64,000 nucleotides of DNA from assembly GCA_951406725.2 (NCBI GenBank), contig OX597841.1:13330001-13394000 (forward strand), in the 5' to 3' direction. Positions within the stretch are counted from its first letter, which is position 1; each line of letters opens with the position of its first letter. A program made the translations under genes and the position numbers. Origin of the DNA: Octopus vulgaris (Eukaryota). The notes under the pieces were generated by a model. That model worked only from the letters and a program-made list of their open reading frames with translations, was not told where the DNA came from and searched no databases. This document shows, one piece after another, positions 1-14,219 of the stretch.

Positions 1-64
1 CGTTTCAATTACATTAAAATATGCTTAATTCATACAAACACACACACACACACACACATGTATT

Positions 65-499
65 TTCTCTCTCTCTCTCTCTGTTTTTCTTTGTCTCTCC
101 ATCTCTCTCTCGCCATCTCTTTTTCTCTCTCTCTCTCTCCATCTCTCTCTCTCCATCTCTCTCTCGCCATCTCTTTCTCTCTCTCTCTCTCTCCATCTCT
201 CTCTCGCCATCTCTTTCTCTCTCTCTCTCTCTCCATCTCTCTCGCCATCTCTTTCTCTCTCTCTCTCTCCATCTCTCTCTCTCTCCATCTCTCTCTCTCC
301 ATCTCTCCATCTCTCTCGCCATCTCTTTCTCTCTATCTCTCTCTCCATCTCTCTATCTCTCTCTCTCCATCCATCTCTCTCTCTCTCCATCTCTCTCTCT
401 CCATCTCTCTCTCTCCATCTCTCTCTCTCTCCATCTCTCCCTCTCTCCATCTCTCCCTCTCTCCATCTCTCCCTCTCTCCATCTCTCCCTCTCTCTCTC

Positions 500-544
<45 letters not shown>

Positions 545-568
545 TCTCCATCTCTCTCTCTCTCTTTC
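65..568. repeat. (CT)n/ccatct compound microsatellite
   Basis: Direct reading. Confidence 0.95.
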
Positions 569-1375
569 ATATTCTCTGATTACAGAAGTTCAAAGGAAAC
601 ATAATATTTATTTTTCTAATTTGTTTTATTTCAAACAATTTAAATCCTATTTTTCTTCTAAATATTTCTTTTTTTTGTTTTCTATCTTTCATCTAATTTA
701 AAAACCTTTAAAAAAAGTTTCCTGAAACAAACAAAAAAACCCATCTTCAAAATATTTCTTGAAATTTTTCATCCCCTCCCCAATCTTTCCAAAAAATCTG
801 TCAAAAAAATTTGTTTGCATTTTATTTTATCCAATTATATCTTGTTTTTCTACTTGTTATAAAAACGGTTTTAGTTTGTTTAACAAAAAAAGAAAATCCT
901 TAAGCAAACAGAAAAAACTCTTCCTACAGAATTAATTTGAATAATTAAATTAAAGCAAGTCCAGATGTGTGGTTAAGAAGCTTGTTTTGCAATTACAATG
1001 TTTTGTGTTCAGTCCCAGAGCATGGCAACTTCATCAAGGAGTGTCTCCATTTGTAGCTCCAGACTGCGAGTGAATTTGATAGAAGAACATCGTGTATGAG
1101 TGGATTTAGTGGATGCAAATTGGTGACCCTTTGTGTGTCTGTGTGTCTCTCTCTTTGTCTTGATATTTTGTGATAGTTGTGAACAAGTGTCGCTGTTGAA
1201 CAAGCAGTGTCAGTCATTTCTGATATTCTGTGAGAACATGTTTGGTCAAGGGGAAATATCACCTTGCTTGGAAACAGGTGAGGATTGGTGACAGGCAAGG
1301 CATCCAGTCACTGAAAATCTGCCTCAAACTGTCAAACCCATGCAAGCATGGAAAAGTGGATATTAAATGATGGCA

Positions 1376-1410
<35 letters not shown>

Positions 1411-1419
1411 ATGTACTAT

Positions 1420-2207
1420 ATCTACCAGATCTAGTTACCATGTAGTGGTCTCCCTCATTGGCTCATACATACATATATACATACATAAGACATCATCATC
1501 ATCACTTTAACGTCCGCTTTCCATGCTAGCATGGGTTGGACAATTTGACTGAGGTCTGGTGAACCAGATGGCTGCACCCTGCTGGATGCCCTTCCTAACA
1601 CAACCCATCCTGAGATTGTAGTGGGTGCTTTTACATACCACTGGTACGAGGGTCAGTCAGGCAGTACTGGCAACGGCCATCCCCAAATGGTGCTTTTTAT
1701 GTGCCACCTGCACAGGAGCCAGTCCAGTGGCAGGGTGTAATTTGAGGGAGATTTGGCTGCTATTTCTACCAGATCTAGTTACCATGTAGAGGTCTCCTTC
1801 ATTGGCTCATACATATATATATATACATAGAATAGAGAGTAAGGTGTAATTTGAGGGAGATTTGGCTGCTATTTCTACCAGATCTAGCTACCATGTAGAG
1901 GTCTCGCTCATTGGCTCATACATACATATATACATAGAATAAGAGAGTAAGGTGTGAATTTGAGGGAGATTTGGCTGCTATTTCTACCAGATCTAGCTAC
2001 CATGTAGAGGTCTCGCTCATTGGCTCATACATACATACATATATACATAGATAAGACAGTAGGGTGTGATTTGAGGGAGATTTGGCTGCTATTTCTACCA
2101 GATCTAGCTACCATGTAGAGGTCTCGCTCATTGGCTCATACATACATATATACATAGATAAGACAGTAGGGTGTGATTTGAGGAGGATTTGGCTGCTATT
2201 TCTACCT
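1420..2207 (+). repeat. ~107-110-bp tandem satellite (about 5 units), interrupted by a family 2 element at 1490-1730
   Basis: Unit gggtgtgatttgagggagatttggctgctatttctaccagatctagctaccatgtagaggtctc...; starts near 1733, 1842, 1950, 2062 and 2169. Confidence 0.9.
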
Positions 2208-2230
2208 AATAGAGATCTACCTCAGCTCAG

Positions 2231-2270
<40 letters not shown>

Positions 2271-2908
2271 GATGATGTCATTACAGTATTGGTTTTCTCA
2301 GCTCACTTTCAACAATTACTTCCTGTTGCTGCAGGTGCTGAGGGTGTTGGTGATGTAATTTCAGGAGGGATGCTGGTGCGGTGGGGAGTAGGGGGTAGGT
2401 TAATGGTCATCGACATCCGCAGTTGTTGCTTTGCTTCTCTGCTTCAGCATGGCAAGGGTGGAGGAGAAGGAGGTGGTGGTGTTTGTGATGGTGATGGTTG
2501 TAGCCGTGCTTGTTGAGGGTGGTGGTGGTGGTGGTGATGGTGATGAGGGTTAGTTGTGGTGGTGGTGGTGGTGGTGGTGGTGGTGGTGATGGTGATGAGG
2601 GTTAGTTGTGGTGGTGGTGGTGGTGGTGGTGGTGATGTCAAATATAATTGATTTATCAGGTTCCTTGTTTGCATTGCAGCCGTGCAGACATTGTCTGTCT
2701 GTCCGTCTACCCAGCCACCCTTCTGTGTGTGTTGTCCACCCAGCCACCCTTCTGTCTGTGTTGTGTGTGTGTAGCATGTCCCTGTCTGTCCGTCTGTCCA
2801 TCCATCTGTCTGTCTCTCTCTCTCTCTCTCTGTAGCATATATGTGTTAGTTTGTCCATCCATCTGTGTCTGTCTGTGTGTCTATTGCATGTCCCTGTCTG
2901 TCAGTCCA

Positions 2909-2943
<35 letters not shown>

Positions 2944-3464
2944 AGGGCATATCCCAGTCTGTTTGTCTGTCCACCCTTCTCTCTTTCTCTCTCCTCACCT
3001 CTCTCTCTGGCATCTCTCTGTCCGTCTGACCATCCATCTATCCGTCTGTGTGTGTGTGTTCATCTGTCTGTCTCTCTCTCTCTTTCTCCCCTCTTTCTCT
3101 CCATGGTGTGTCCCTGTCCGTCCGTCCGTCCATCTGTCCGATATCAGACCCACCCACCCTGTCTCAATATAGCAATATATTATTTATTACCTTAGGAAAG
3201 AAAGAGAAAAACCAAATGGGGTAGGGTTGGGGGGGCAGGCAGTATAAGGGTGTGGTGTATGTCAGGGGTGGAAGGAGAGAGAGAGAGAGAAGAGAAAGGT
3301 GAAAGGGATGAGACCAGCTGGAGTGATGACGGGAGGGGCGACAGGAAAGTGAATGTAAGGGTTCTTTGTGGTTGATGTTCTTTAACCCTTAGTCAGACCA
3401 CATCAGGTCCACACAGGATCAAGACATTCCAGCTGTGACTACCCTGACTTTGTGTATCATTATA

Positions 3465-3496
<32 letters not shown>

Positions 3497-3497
<1 letters not shown>

Positions 3498-3920
3498 GCA
3501 CAGACAAGACTGTAGTAAGAAGCTTGCTTCCCAACCACGTGGTTCCAGGTTCAGTCCCACTGCGTGGCACCTTGGGCAAGTGTCTTTTACTAAAGCCTCA
3601 GGCTGACCAAAGCCTTGTGAGTGAATTTGGTAGATGGAAACTGAAAGAAGCCCGTCATCATCTTCGTTTAACATCTGTTTTCCATATATATTGATGTATA
3701 TGTTTGTGTGTCTCTGTTTGTTCCTCTGCCATCGCTTGACATCCAATGCTGGTTTGTTTACGTCCCCCGTAACTTAGCGGTTCAGCAAAAGAGACCGATA
3801 CAATAAGTACTAGGCTTACAAAGAATAAGTCCTGAGGTCGATTTCTTTGACTTACAAAAAAAAACCCTTCAAGGTGGTGCTCCAGCATGGCCACAGTCAA
3901 ATGACCAAAACAAGTAAGAG
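3497..3920 (+). mobile_element. SINE family 1 copy
   Basis: Same head, core and tail as 26661-27105. Confidence 0.85.
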
Positions 3921-3929
3921 TATAGATAT

Positions 3930-3975
<46 letters not shown>

Positions 3976-4749
3976 GCAAGGATGTAACTAGATATACATG
4001 AGCATCACAAAATAATCTTATTTCATTTAAGTGCTCAACAAGCTGTTACTAAGTAGCTGGGGCTATAACCTCCTGCATGTATATGACATAGACATACCTG
4101 TGCAAAAATTGATTTAGTCCCGACAGAAAACATTATCTAAAATTCACTCGGCTGCCACCCAACACCCCACAAATACATTAAATTTACAGAAAAAAAACAT
4201 TTTAAAAGGTTTGAGGCTTGCGGAGAACAAACGCCTCCGTGGTACATTTGCGGGCTGCGACACCTCTTGTAGCCAATCCCTGGCTAATTCAGTATATATT
4301 GAACTGAATAGCATGAACAAACAGAGGGAGATCTTCCTCGGTCAGTAGTGTTGTGGTTTCAGGTAAATTTAGTCTGTTGAGAAGGTGAGCAATTAGAACA
4401 GGTATTGGTGACAGGTGGGTTGCAGCCCACGTGCAAACCATTGAGTTTTTCTGTGGGCCTCACACCTTAAATTCTTTTATTTTCAAATTTAATGTATTTG
4501 TTGGATGGTTTTCACTTTTATTCTCTTACTTTTTTCAGTCATTAGACTGTGGCCATGCTGGGGCACCACCTTGAAGAATTTTAGTCAAACAAATCAACCC
4601 CAGGGCTTATTGTTTTTAAGGCCTGATATTTATTCTATCAGTGTCTTTTTGCCGAAGTGCTAAGTTACGAGGAATTAACCACAGCAACAATGGCTGTTAA
4701 ACACTAGTGTGGAACAAACATAGGCCCCAAGACACACGTGTATGTATAT

Positions 4750-4787
<38 letters not shown>

Positions 4788-4945
4788 CATGGGAAAATAT
4801 CTACTTTTGCCTCAGGTCAACCAAAGCCTTGTGAATGGAATTAGTAGACGGAAACTGTAAAAAGCCCATCATATGTATGTATTTATGTATCTATCTATAT
4901 CTCTGATCGAGATATAAACAGTCGCAATACAGAATCATAACATAT

Positions 4946-5404
4946 AGAGTCCAGAAGCTGGCTACCTGCATGGTTCATGGTTTCAAAAATTTGTCCTATG
5001 AAGAAAGGCTGAGGACGGTCGACCTTTATTCTCTAGAAAAACGCCGCCGCCGTGGTGATCTCATTCTCGCTCACAACATCATAAGTGGAAAGTGTAACCT
5101 CTCGAAAGAGCTGTTCTTCAATCCTGCTCCAGAGCGTCGACTGCGGGGTCATTCCGAAAAGCTCTACCTGCGACGATTTCGTCTCAATCGAAGGAGAGGA
5201 GCTTTCTCCGTCCGGGTTGTGGATCCGTGGAATAAGCTGCCAGATGAGATGGTGAAGATGCCGACGACCGCTTTGTTCAAAGTCTCCCTTGACCACATGT
5301 GGCCTGAACTCTTTACATGAACACCACCCTGTACTTAACTCCATGTCCCCCTACATGGCCTTGCTATTTGCTTTTGAGCCAAATTAACTAACTAACTAAC
5401 TAAC
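4946..5404 (+). mobile_element. CR1-clade LINE 3' fragment (ORF2 C-terminus, 3' UTR, (AACT)n tail)
   Basis: LSYEERL..LYSLEKRRRRGDLI...RGHSEKL...FSVRVVDPWNKLP, typical of the CR1 ORF2 end; tail aactaactaac. Confidence 0.9.
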
Positions 5405-7409
5405 ATATACTTGTCAACTAAGTGTGGCGTCCTATACAGGACAGGACTACTGACGTTTATAGCCCCAGGAAAATGTGCCCCAGCATGGCCACGGCCTTTG
5501 GGCTAAAACGATTTAAGGATTTATATATATATATAGGTGCAAGAGTTGCTGTGTGGTAGGTAGCTTGCTTACCAACCACATGGTTCCTGGTTCAATCCTA
5601 CTGCGTGGCACCTTGGGCAAGTGTCTACTATTATAGCCTCAACCCGACCAAAGCCTTGGGAGTGGATTTGGGTGATGGAAACTGAAAGAAGCCCATCCAT
5701 CTGCTTGACAACCGATGTTGTGTTTACATCCCCATAACTGGTTCGGCAAAAGAGACTGATGGAATAAGGCCTAGGGTCAACGATGAATAAATCCCGAGGT
5801 TGATTTGTTCAACTGAAGGCGGTGCTCCAGCATGGCTGCTGTCAAATCACTGAAACAAAAAGGGGGTGGGAAACCAGTACCAGTATTGATTTCTTTGACT
5901 AAAACTCTTAAAGGTGGTGCCCCAGCATGGCCACAACCTAACTGAAACAAAAGATAGAAGATAAAATTAGATGGAATTTGAATACAGGGGAGTGGTACTT
6001 GGCCTTTTATGTGTTTTTTGCTTTTTGTTCTCCGCACTGAATCAAACTGAATGATATTAACGCACTGGAGTTTGTAAAGAATGCTTAGAATTTCAGGAAA
6101 CGGGAGTGGAGACCCTTTTCCTCTCTTTCACTTTGCCTCACTCCCTCCACGTTTACGCACATGCACGCAGGTACACACACACACACTAATATATGCATAC
6201 ACACACACCCACACACTACACACACTCCCACACACACACAGAGCAGCATAAATAGGTTAAGTTTACAAACTAGTTGGATAAATAACATAAATATTGAAGG
6301 TTTCTCGTGTGTGTGGGGGGGGGTGGATGTGTGTGTGTGTGTGTGCGTGGATGTGTGTGTGTGTGTGTGTGTGCATGGACGTGTGTGTGTGTGGGTGGTG
6401 GTGGATGTGTGTGTGTGTGTGTGTGCTTGGATGTGTGTGTGTGTGTGTGTGCTTGGATGTGTGTGTGTGTGTTCATGTGGACGTGTGTGTGTGGATGTGT
6501 GTGTGTGCATGGATGTGTGTGTTCATGTGGACGTGTGTGGATGTGGATGTGTGTGTGTGTGTGTATGGATGTGTATGTGTTCGTGTGGACGTGTGTGTGT
6601 GGATATGCAAGTGGATGTGGGTGTGTGTATACGCACATATGTGCATGCATGTATAATATATGTGTGTACGTGTGTCTTCTCCATCAGTTCATAAGTAAAT
6701 ATTTGTTAGTTAATTATTTAATTAAACTTCAACGAATCCGGTTTCTTAAAATTCTTTCTGTTATCTTCATTAGCGCTGAGTTATCCCGTTGCCAGGATCA
6801 TTGCAGCGTTAAGCAAAATACCTTGTGGTATTTAATTATGGACCTTTCTGTTCTGAGTTCAAATCCAGTGCAGGGAGATTTCCATTCATCTGTTCACGTT
6901 CCTCTCTGTGTCATCATTAAGGGATATCATTAATAAATATCCTAGAAACAGCTGTAAGACCTATCTAGAAATGCTCTAATATCTATACAGCCTTGGGGTT
7001 TTTTTTATCTCATTACGCAAAATATTCTTATATATACATATATATTTGTATATACATATAGATATATATAACTTGACATAAAAACAAGCCTTTGTGTGTG
7101 TGTGTGTTTTGGTGATAGCTAAAAGGGAGAAGTACTCAGTACAGGAGGTGGAGTATAGCTATTAAATTTCATTTGGTTGAATGCACAATTATTAGATTTG
7201 TGCCATCTGACTGGGTCGTACACTACACGAAAATCTCATCTCGTTGAGATGTGATACAGATGGCATCAACCAGATTCATATCTATGTGGGTTTCTGAGGT
7301 TATTACACATAGATTGTGTGTGTGTGAGAGTTTGTGGGCAGTTGCCAAACTGAATGAGAGCAGCAATCCTCTCGCTTGCAATGTTATTCAACTTTGGGTG
7401 ATGTGACGT

Positions 7410-7444
<35 letters not shown>

Positions 7445-7574
7445 TCATCTTGTTCAAAACTTAGCTGTTGGCATCATGTGTGTGTGTTAGATAACCAGAG
7501 AGGTATGTGGCCTGTTTTGTGTGTGTGTGTGTAGTGAGAGAGAGAGAGAGAGAGAAAGCTAGCTATGTGTATAG

Positions 7575-7626
<52 letters not shown>

Positions 7627-8902
7627 CTGTGCATGTCTATTGTTTTATATATTACATATTTATACACACACACACACACACATGTATAGCTAAATATATA
7701 TATATATATCTATATCCTCTCTCTCCTCTCTCTCTATATATATATATATATACACACGCACATATGTATCCATAGCTATGTTTGTGTATGTATATATTCC
7801 TCTGTGTGTGTTTATGTGTGTTGATGTATTTATGTATGTGAATATATTTATATATATATAACCACACACACACACACACATATATACACACACTGATTTT
7901 CATCTTGATTCAGAACTTTGCTCTTTCTCTCTACCTAATGCTACGTATTAAATAAATAGCTCTGCATACACACACACATATATATAACACATGTACACAT
8001 ACATATACGCATACATGTACATACCTCCATACACACATTAAATAAATAGCTATGCATACACATGATATGTACATACACACACACACACACATATAATGCA
8101 TGTACACATACACACACACACACACATAATGCATGTACACATACATATACACACATGTACTCATACATGTACACACTTCCATGCACATACACACACATAT
8201 GCCAACGTAGAGGAACCTGGACATTAAATGATGACTGTGTGTGTGTCCTTGTCCATATTTGTCCCCATTCTATGCTCCATATCAACCCCTTAAATATATT
8301 GGAGTCTTAGAAATATTCACTCTTTTCGTTTATGATGTCGAGCACAAAAAAAAAAAGAAACCCATCTGTTTCTAAAACCAAACCCCTTTCCTTGACCCTT
8401 CCTCCTTTTTGGCAAAGTGACTGTACACAAAATGTACTGTTGCCATGGTTACAACATGAAATAGTTCTACTCAACCCTTGTGGTACCAACCCACCTGAGA
8501 CCACCACTCCTGGTTCTAAACTTCCTGATCTAGATTTAAACCTATCAAAAATCTCGTCAGTTTGTGCCAAACACCAAATTAAATAACGATGAAATTAATT
8601 CCCTAAATTCTTAATTTTCCAAATTAGTTGAAATGAAGGTCATGGATTTTAACAGAAATATGGTTGTAAAAGGGTTGAACTTTGTTTGCCAGGACTAAAC
8701 TGGGGTCAACTCCTTAGATACCAATCTACTTTGGACCACCACTCCTGCTTTTAAGATACAAACTTCTTGTCCGTATACATGTGTGTAGTGTCTTTATGTG
8801 TGTGTGTGTCTGTGTGTGTGTAGATGTGTCTATGTGTGTGTGTAGATGTGTCTGTATATGTGTGTGTAGATGTGTCTTTGTGTGTGTGTGTGTAGATGTC
8901 TT

Positions 8903-8933
<31 letters not shown>

Positions 8934-11499
8934 GTCTTTATGTGTGTGTGTAGATGTGTCTGTATGTGTGTGTAGATGTGTGTGTCTATATATTTGCGTG
9001 TATACACATAGGAGTCTGTCTGTCCGTCTTTGGTATAGACAAGAAACAGTAACTTATGTTCAAAGATAGTCTATAAATTATCTGAAGACACCCCATCACA
9101 CCCACCCATCCATGCCCCTCCAGCGTTAATAAACCATTGTCCATTATACGCAAAACCTCCCTTCCATCACAGACCACCACTTTATAAACATTGCGCAGTT
9201 TTCTTTCATAAAAATAGTTTTTATCTGTTGCCGACCAAAAAGAATTCTTCGTGAAAAACAGCTTCAGAACCGTTCTGGATTTTGGTTTAATTTTGGACTT
9301 GGTTCTTCAGTCTGTAACAAGATATCTGGTTTCTTCAGGTTTCCAAAACTGGCATCGCTTTATCTGTTATCTTTAATTTGTTTCAGTCATTGGACTGTGG
9401 CCATACTGGAGCAATGCCTTGAAGAATTTTTTAGTCAAACGAATCAATTCCAGTCTTTATTTTTTTGTTTTTCCTTTAAAGCCTGGCACTCTTTCTGTTG
9501 GTCTTGCTTTGCTGAACTAAGTTACAGGGATGTAAACAAACCAACACTGAACCTGGAACTATGTGGTTGAAAAGCTAGCTGTGTGACTGTTTCAGGTGTG
9601 TGTGTGTATGCATTCATGTGTATGTGTTTCTATGTATGTATATATATATATATGCATGTTTGTGTATGTATGTTTCTGTGTATATGTGTGTATGTATACA
9701 TGTATTTGTGTATATTTTGATTGTAGGTGTATACATACATATATATACTCACACACCAACCTCAATATCACAATCAAATCAAATAGAAATTGTAGTTGTG
9801 ACCCCCCCCCCCATGCCGATAGCACGTAAGAAGCACCATCCAATTATGGTTGATACCAGCTCCTCTGGCCCCTGTGCTGGTGGCACATAAAAGCACTCAC
9901 TACACTCATGGAATGGTTGGCATTAGGAAGGGCATCCAACTGTAGAAACCTTGCCAGATCAGATTGGGGCTTGGTGCAGCCTCCTGGCTTCCCAGACCCC
10001 AGTCGACCCGTCCAACCCATGCCAGCATGGAAAACGGATGTTAAACGATGATGATGATGACACCCCCCACCTATCCTGGTCTTGATGATGTCATTACCCC
10101 TTTTCCCTATTTCCCTTCCTTGATCACCTGACCAAACTGTATGTGACCCAATTTTTGAGCATATTGAGTTCCCTCATTGTTATACCCTTCCTTAATCGCA
10201 CCTTTCTGCTCTTCCTGCTTTCATTCTTTTCTCTCTTGACCCCTTCCTTTGCCCACACAGCTTACATTACCGAGTACCTGATATATTGTGTGAAAGGCTC
10301 CCCCCCCCCCCCGTCTTACAACACAGGTGCTGCCATAGTGACACCAATGCTCACCACCAGCACTAGCAATCCCTCCTCTCAGCACCACCACTGAGCTGCC
10401 CGTCCAGTGATTGGTGTCCTCAACGACCTCTCTAGAGCTGGCGTTGGGGGGGGGGGGGGCTACACCAAACACCAACTGCAAAGTGGCTGGTTAAACGAAC
10501 AGAGAAAGTGTAAGGTCATGTGGTGCCCCTAGGCTTGTTTCACTGCGGACTAGTTAAGCTTTGTTTTCTACTCTAGGCACAAGGTCCGAAATTTTGGGGG
10601 AGGGAACTAGTCGATTAGACCAACCTCAGTACACAACTGGTACTTAATTTATTGACCCTGAAAGGCAAAGTCAACCTCGGTGGAATTTGAACTCAGAACA
10701 TAAAGGCAGATGAAATACCGCTAAGCATTTCGCCCTGCATGCTACCATTTCTTTTCTACTCTAGGCACAAGGCCTGAAATTTTTTGGGAGGGGACCAGTC
10801 GATTGGATCGACCCCAGTACTTAATTTATTGAACCTGAAAGGATGAAAGGTAAAGTTAGCCTTGGCAGAATTTGAACTCAGAACATAATGGGAGAGACAA
10901 TACACTAGTTAGGCTTTCTGTTGGTAGCACGAGGGGAAGAAAAAACCACCTTGTAGTGGATATTGGATGTCTGGGGGCAAAAATGGATTGGACAGTCAAG
11001 GATGGAAAGTCTTTGATCCATGAGCCTGCTTCATCTGGACTGACCTGGGGCTAAATGAAAACAACTGCTGCTATGTATGGTCAGACAAATACACCCTCAC
11101 CACAACCATTGGAACCTATATGTGGTTTCTCAGTTTGCTAGAAAGAGCAGTGAAATGTCCAAATAAGATTTGTCTACCATTTTAAGAAAATGACTTAGCA
11201 GTTTGGCTTAGAGATTGACAGAATATTTTTTAAATCATCCTTGGTTAATTGTTGACCAAAGTGTTGTACACTCGGGGAACCAGAGATTAACAGAGATTAA
11301 GAGCAGACTCTTATTGTATTGTTTATCAATGTCCTACACCTTCCTTGCCACTCTTATCCAACCCTCTCATGACATTCTCCATCCTTTGTGTTCTTTGCCT
11401 GCCCCTTCATCTGCTGCCCTCTATCCTTCCTTCCTTCCTTCCATTCGGTTGCAAGAGCAGTCGAGGTTATTTCAGATAATCTCATTTTAAAAATCATCT

Positions 11500-11570
11500 C
11501 CGGCTAATCATTGAGAGGACATTGGTGTTGCCCTGGCGGAGGTTTGCGCTCTCTGAGTGCTCTTGCTATT
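11500..11570 (+). mobile_element. Helentron/Helitron-like terminal fragment
   Basis: ctggcggaggtttgcgctctctgagtgc resembles a common Helentron-type end motif (from memory). Confidence 0.35.
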
Positions 11571-11586
11571 ATTGTTATTATTATTT

Positions 11587-11934
11587 ACTCTTTTACTTGT
11601 TTCAGTCATTTGACTGCGGCCATGCTGGAGCACCACCTTTAGTCGAGCAAATCGACCCCAGTACTTATTCTATCGGTCTCTTTTGCCGAACCGCTAAGTG
11701 ACGGGGACGTAAACACACCAGCATCGGTTGTCAAGCAATGCTAGGGGGACAAACACAGACACATATATATACGATGGGCTTCTTTCAGTTTCCATCTACC
11801 AAATCCACTCACAAGGCATTGGTCGGCCCGGGGCTATAGCAGAAGACACTTGCCCAAGATGCCACGCAGTGGGACTGAACCCAGAACCATGTGGTTGGTA
11901 AACAAGCTACTTACCACACAGCCACTCCTGCGCC
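11587..11934 (-). mobile_element. SINE family 1 copy
   Basis: Reverse complement of family 1, inserted in an (ATT)n tract. Confidence 0.85.
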
Positions 11935-12125
11935 TATTATTGTTATTATTATTATTATTCTGAACTCACCTCCTTCAAGTATGACCAAAACAGATGAGTT
12001 TTTGTTTATCTGCATTGTTCAGCTGTTCTCGCCTTTCCCCTTCTTGTCGTAACACTTGTCCATTTGTCCGATGGCCCTGCTGACACACAACATCCTCCTA
12101 TGCACTCACACCTCAAACACATTGC

Positions 12126-12346
12126 TTAACCCTTTAAGCATTCAGACTTCTTTGTGAAATTTATTGCTTATTTAATTCCTACTGTTTTGAATTAATCACA
12201 GATTATTTTGTGACTTCAAAAATTTAAATGGTGTGGTTATATATTTTTAAAATGACATTGTAGGGTTGGTGTGAGAGGTTGGATCCAGACAGTTTTAACA
12301 TAAAACAGGTGGAATATTTGGGCCAGATTAAATGCTAAAGGGTTAA
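12126..12346. mobile_element. Second TTAA-flanked MITE family
   Basis: ttaaccctttaagcatt...aatgctaaagggttaa. A related copy at 41653-42152 is split by a SINE (41726-42025). Confidence 0.65.
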
Positions 12347-12384
12347 TGTTCTCTTCAAATCTGTTCAAAGTCCAACCATAAAAG

Positions 12385-12570
12385 CTTTCAGGCCAAACAA
12401 GTGCTTGCGCCAGCCTTGTTTCTCAATGAGTTGGGACACCTTTTGCCGTTCCAGATGTTATTAAGCTTTTCCATGGACGTTCTTGCCATGGCTAACCATG
12501 TCCACCTGTCTTTCTTCTGTGTGGCTTCATCAAACATTTGATCTCCAACATACTTGTACAACTCAATCTG
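12385..12570 (-). mobile_element. Degenerate RTE LINE fragment
   Basis: YKYVG...LAMARTSMEKLNNIW resembles the post-RT region of RTE. Confidence 0.5.
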
Positions 12571-14219
12571 TTCAAGTATTTGTTTCAGACTGTGGCCATG
12601 CTGGGGCACCACCTTGAAGAGTTTTAATCAAAAAATCGACTGCAGGACTTATTTTTTTTTTAAGCCTGGTACTTATCAGTCTATTTAGCTGAACTGTTAT
12701 GGGGATGTAAACACACCAACATTGGTTGCTAAGTGGTGATGAAGTGACACATCGATATATATATATACATATACATATGATGGGCTTCTTACAGTTTCTC
12801 TCGACCAAATCCACTCAGGTTTTGGTTGGCTTGAGGCTATAGTAGAAGAGACTTGACCAAGGTGCCACAGAGTGAGACTGAACCCAAAACCAAGTGGCTG
12901 GAAAGCAAGCTTCTTACCATAACAGCCACGCCTGCACCTAAAAAAAAATCTTGTGACACCCTCCAGAAGCTGAAACTCAGGATTGAACAGAAGACCTTTA
13001 GATCTTCAGCCTAATGCTGTCCCAAATGAGCTATTTTGTCTCATTGAAGCCCATCATACATATATATTTATGGAAGTGATTTTAAATTCTCAAAATACAG
13101 GATAATGCTAATAATATAGCCTGAACAGGATAAGCTACCCCTATTTTGCAGGGAAAAGTGTTGGCGGCTATGAGACTCGAACTCACACCTCTGTGATTAC
13201 ATGTCATGATGCTCTGATCCAAGTGTCTCATATATGTCTGTCTGTCTGATTGTCCTTTAACGTCCATTGTCCTTACTGGCATGGATTGGATGGTTTGACT
13301 GGGCTGGCATGCTGGAAGGCTGCACCAGGTTCCAGTCTGATTTGGCATGGTTTTCTACAGCTGGATGCCCTTCCTAATGCCAAACACTCCGAGAGTGTAA
13401 TTGGTGCTTTCAGGTTCCACTGGCACAACACCTGGGTGAATTTACGTGCGACCGGCACAGGTGCCAATTTGCATGATACCCATTATCTGTCACAACTGCA
13501 ATTCTGCTCTGTTTGATGGGTCTTCACACACACACACACACACACACACAATGGGTTTCTTTCAGTTTCTGTCTATGAAATCCACTCGCAAGGCTTTGGT
13601 CGGCACAAAACTATAGTAGAGGACATTTGCCTGAAGTGCCACAGCATGAGACTGAATCCAGAACCATGCGGTTCGGAAGCAAGCTTCTTACCACCCAGCC
13701 ATGCCAGCCACCTAACATGTATTTTCTCTTTTCCACGAATTTTGTTTTTCTTATTCTTGACAAACCAGAAATATCACACACAAGATAAAAAAAACAAACC
13801 CACCCTCATGGCCGATGCTACGCACCCCGAGTCTTTGCAGATGGGGCTCACTTCTGTTTGTCCCAGCATCTGGTTAGAATCTGCGGACATGATGTTGTTG
13901 GTGCTGTTATTCTCGTTAGCTCTGTCGCTAATGCAACGAAGACAGTTTGGTAATTACTTAAATAGGGAATGACATATTTTAGTGCAGTAGGTCAAACGTT
14001 TATAATTAATTAAAAATTGCTCTGTGGGTGGGGATGGGAAATATGAAAGAGGGGGTGGGGGACTGGGAAAAATAAGCTCGAAGAAGGGAAATGGTTGTTT
14101 GGTTAATAAGTTTGCTTCTTAAGCAAGTGGTTCAGTCCCACTGCGTGGCGCCTCGTCTTGGGCAACTGTCTTTTACTGTAGCTGCCAGGGTCAACCAATT
14201 CCTTGTGAGCAGATTTTTT

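Noticed and set aside
14-701. ER-rich and SL-rich ORFs, and the many CV/YI/HT ORFs across the window
   Set aside because: Translations of (CT)n, (TG)n and (TA)n microsatellites.
2280-2520. Exon-like unique sequence between trinucleotide tracts
   Set aside because: All minus frames stop quickly, the plus frame is unrecognisable, and the splice sites are weak.
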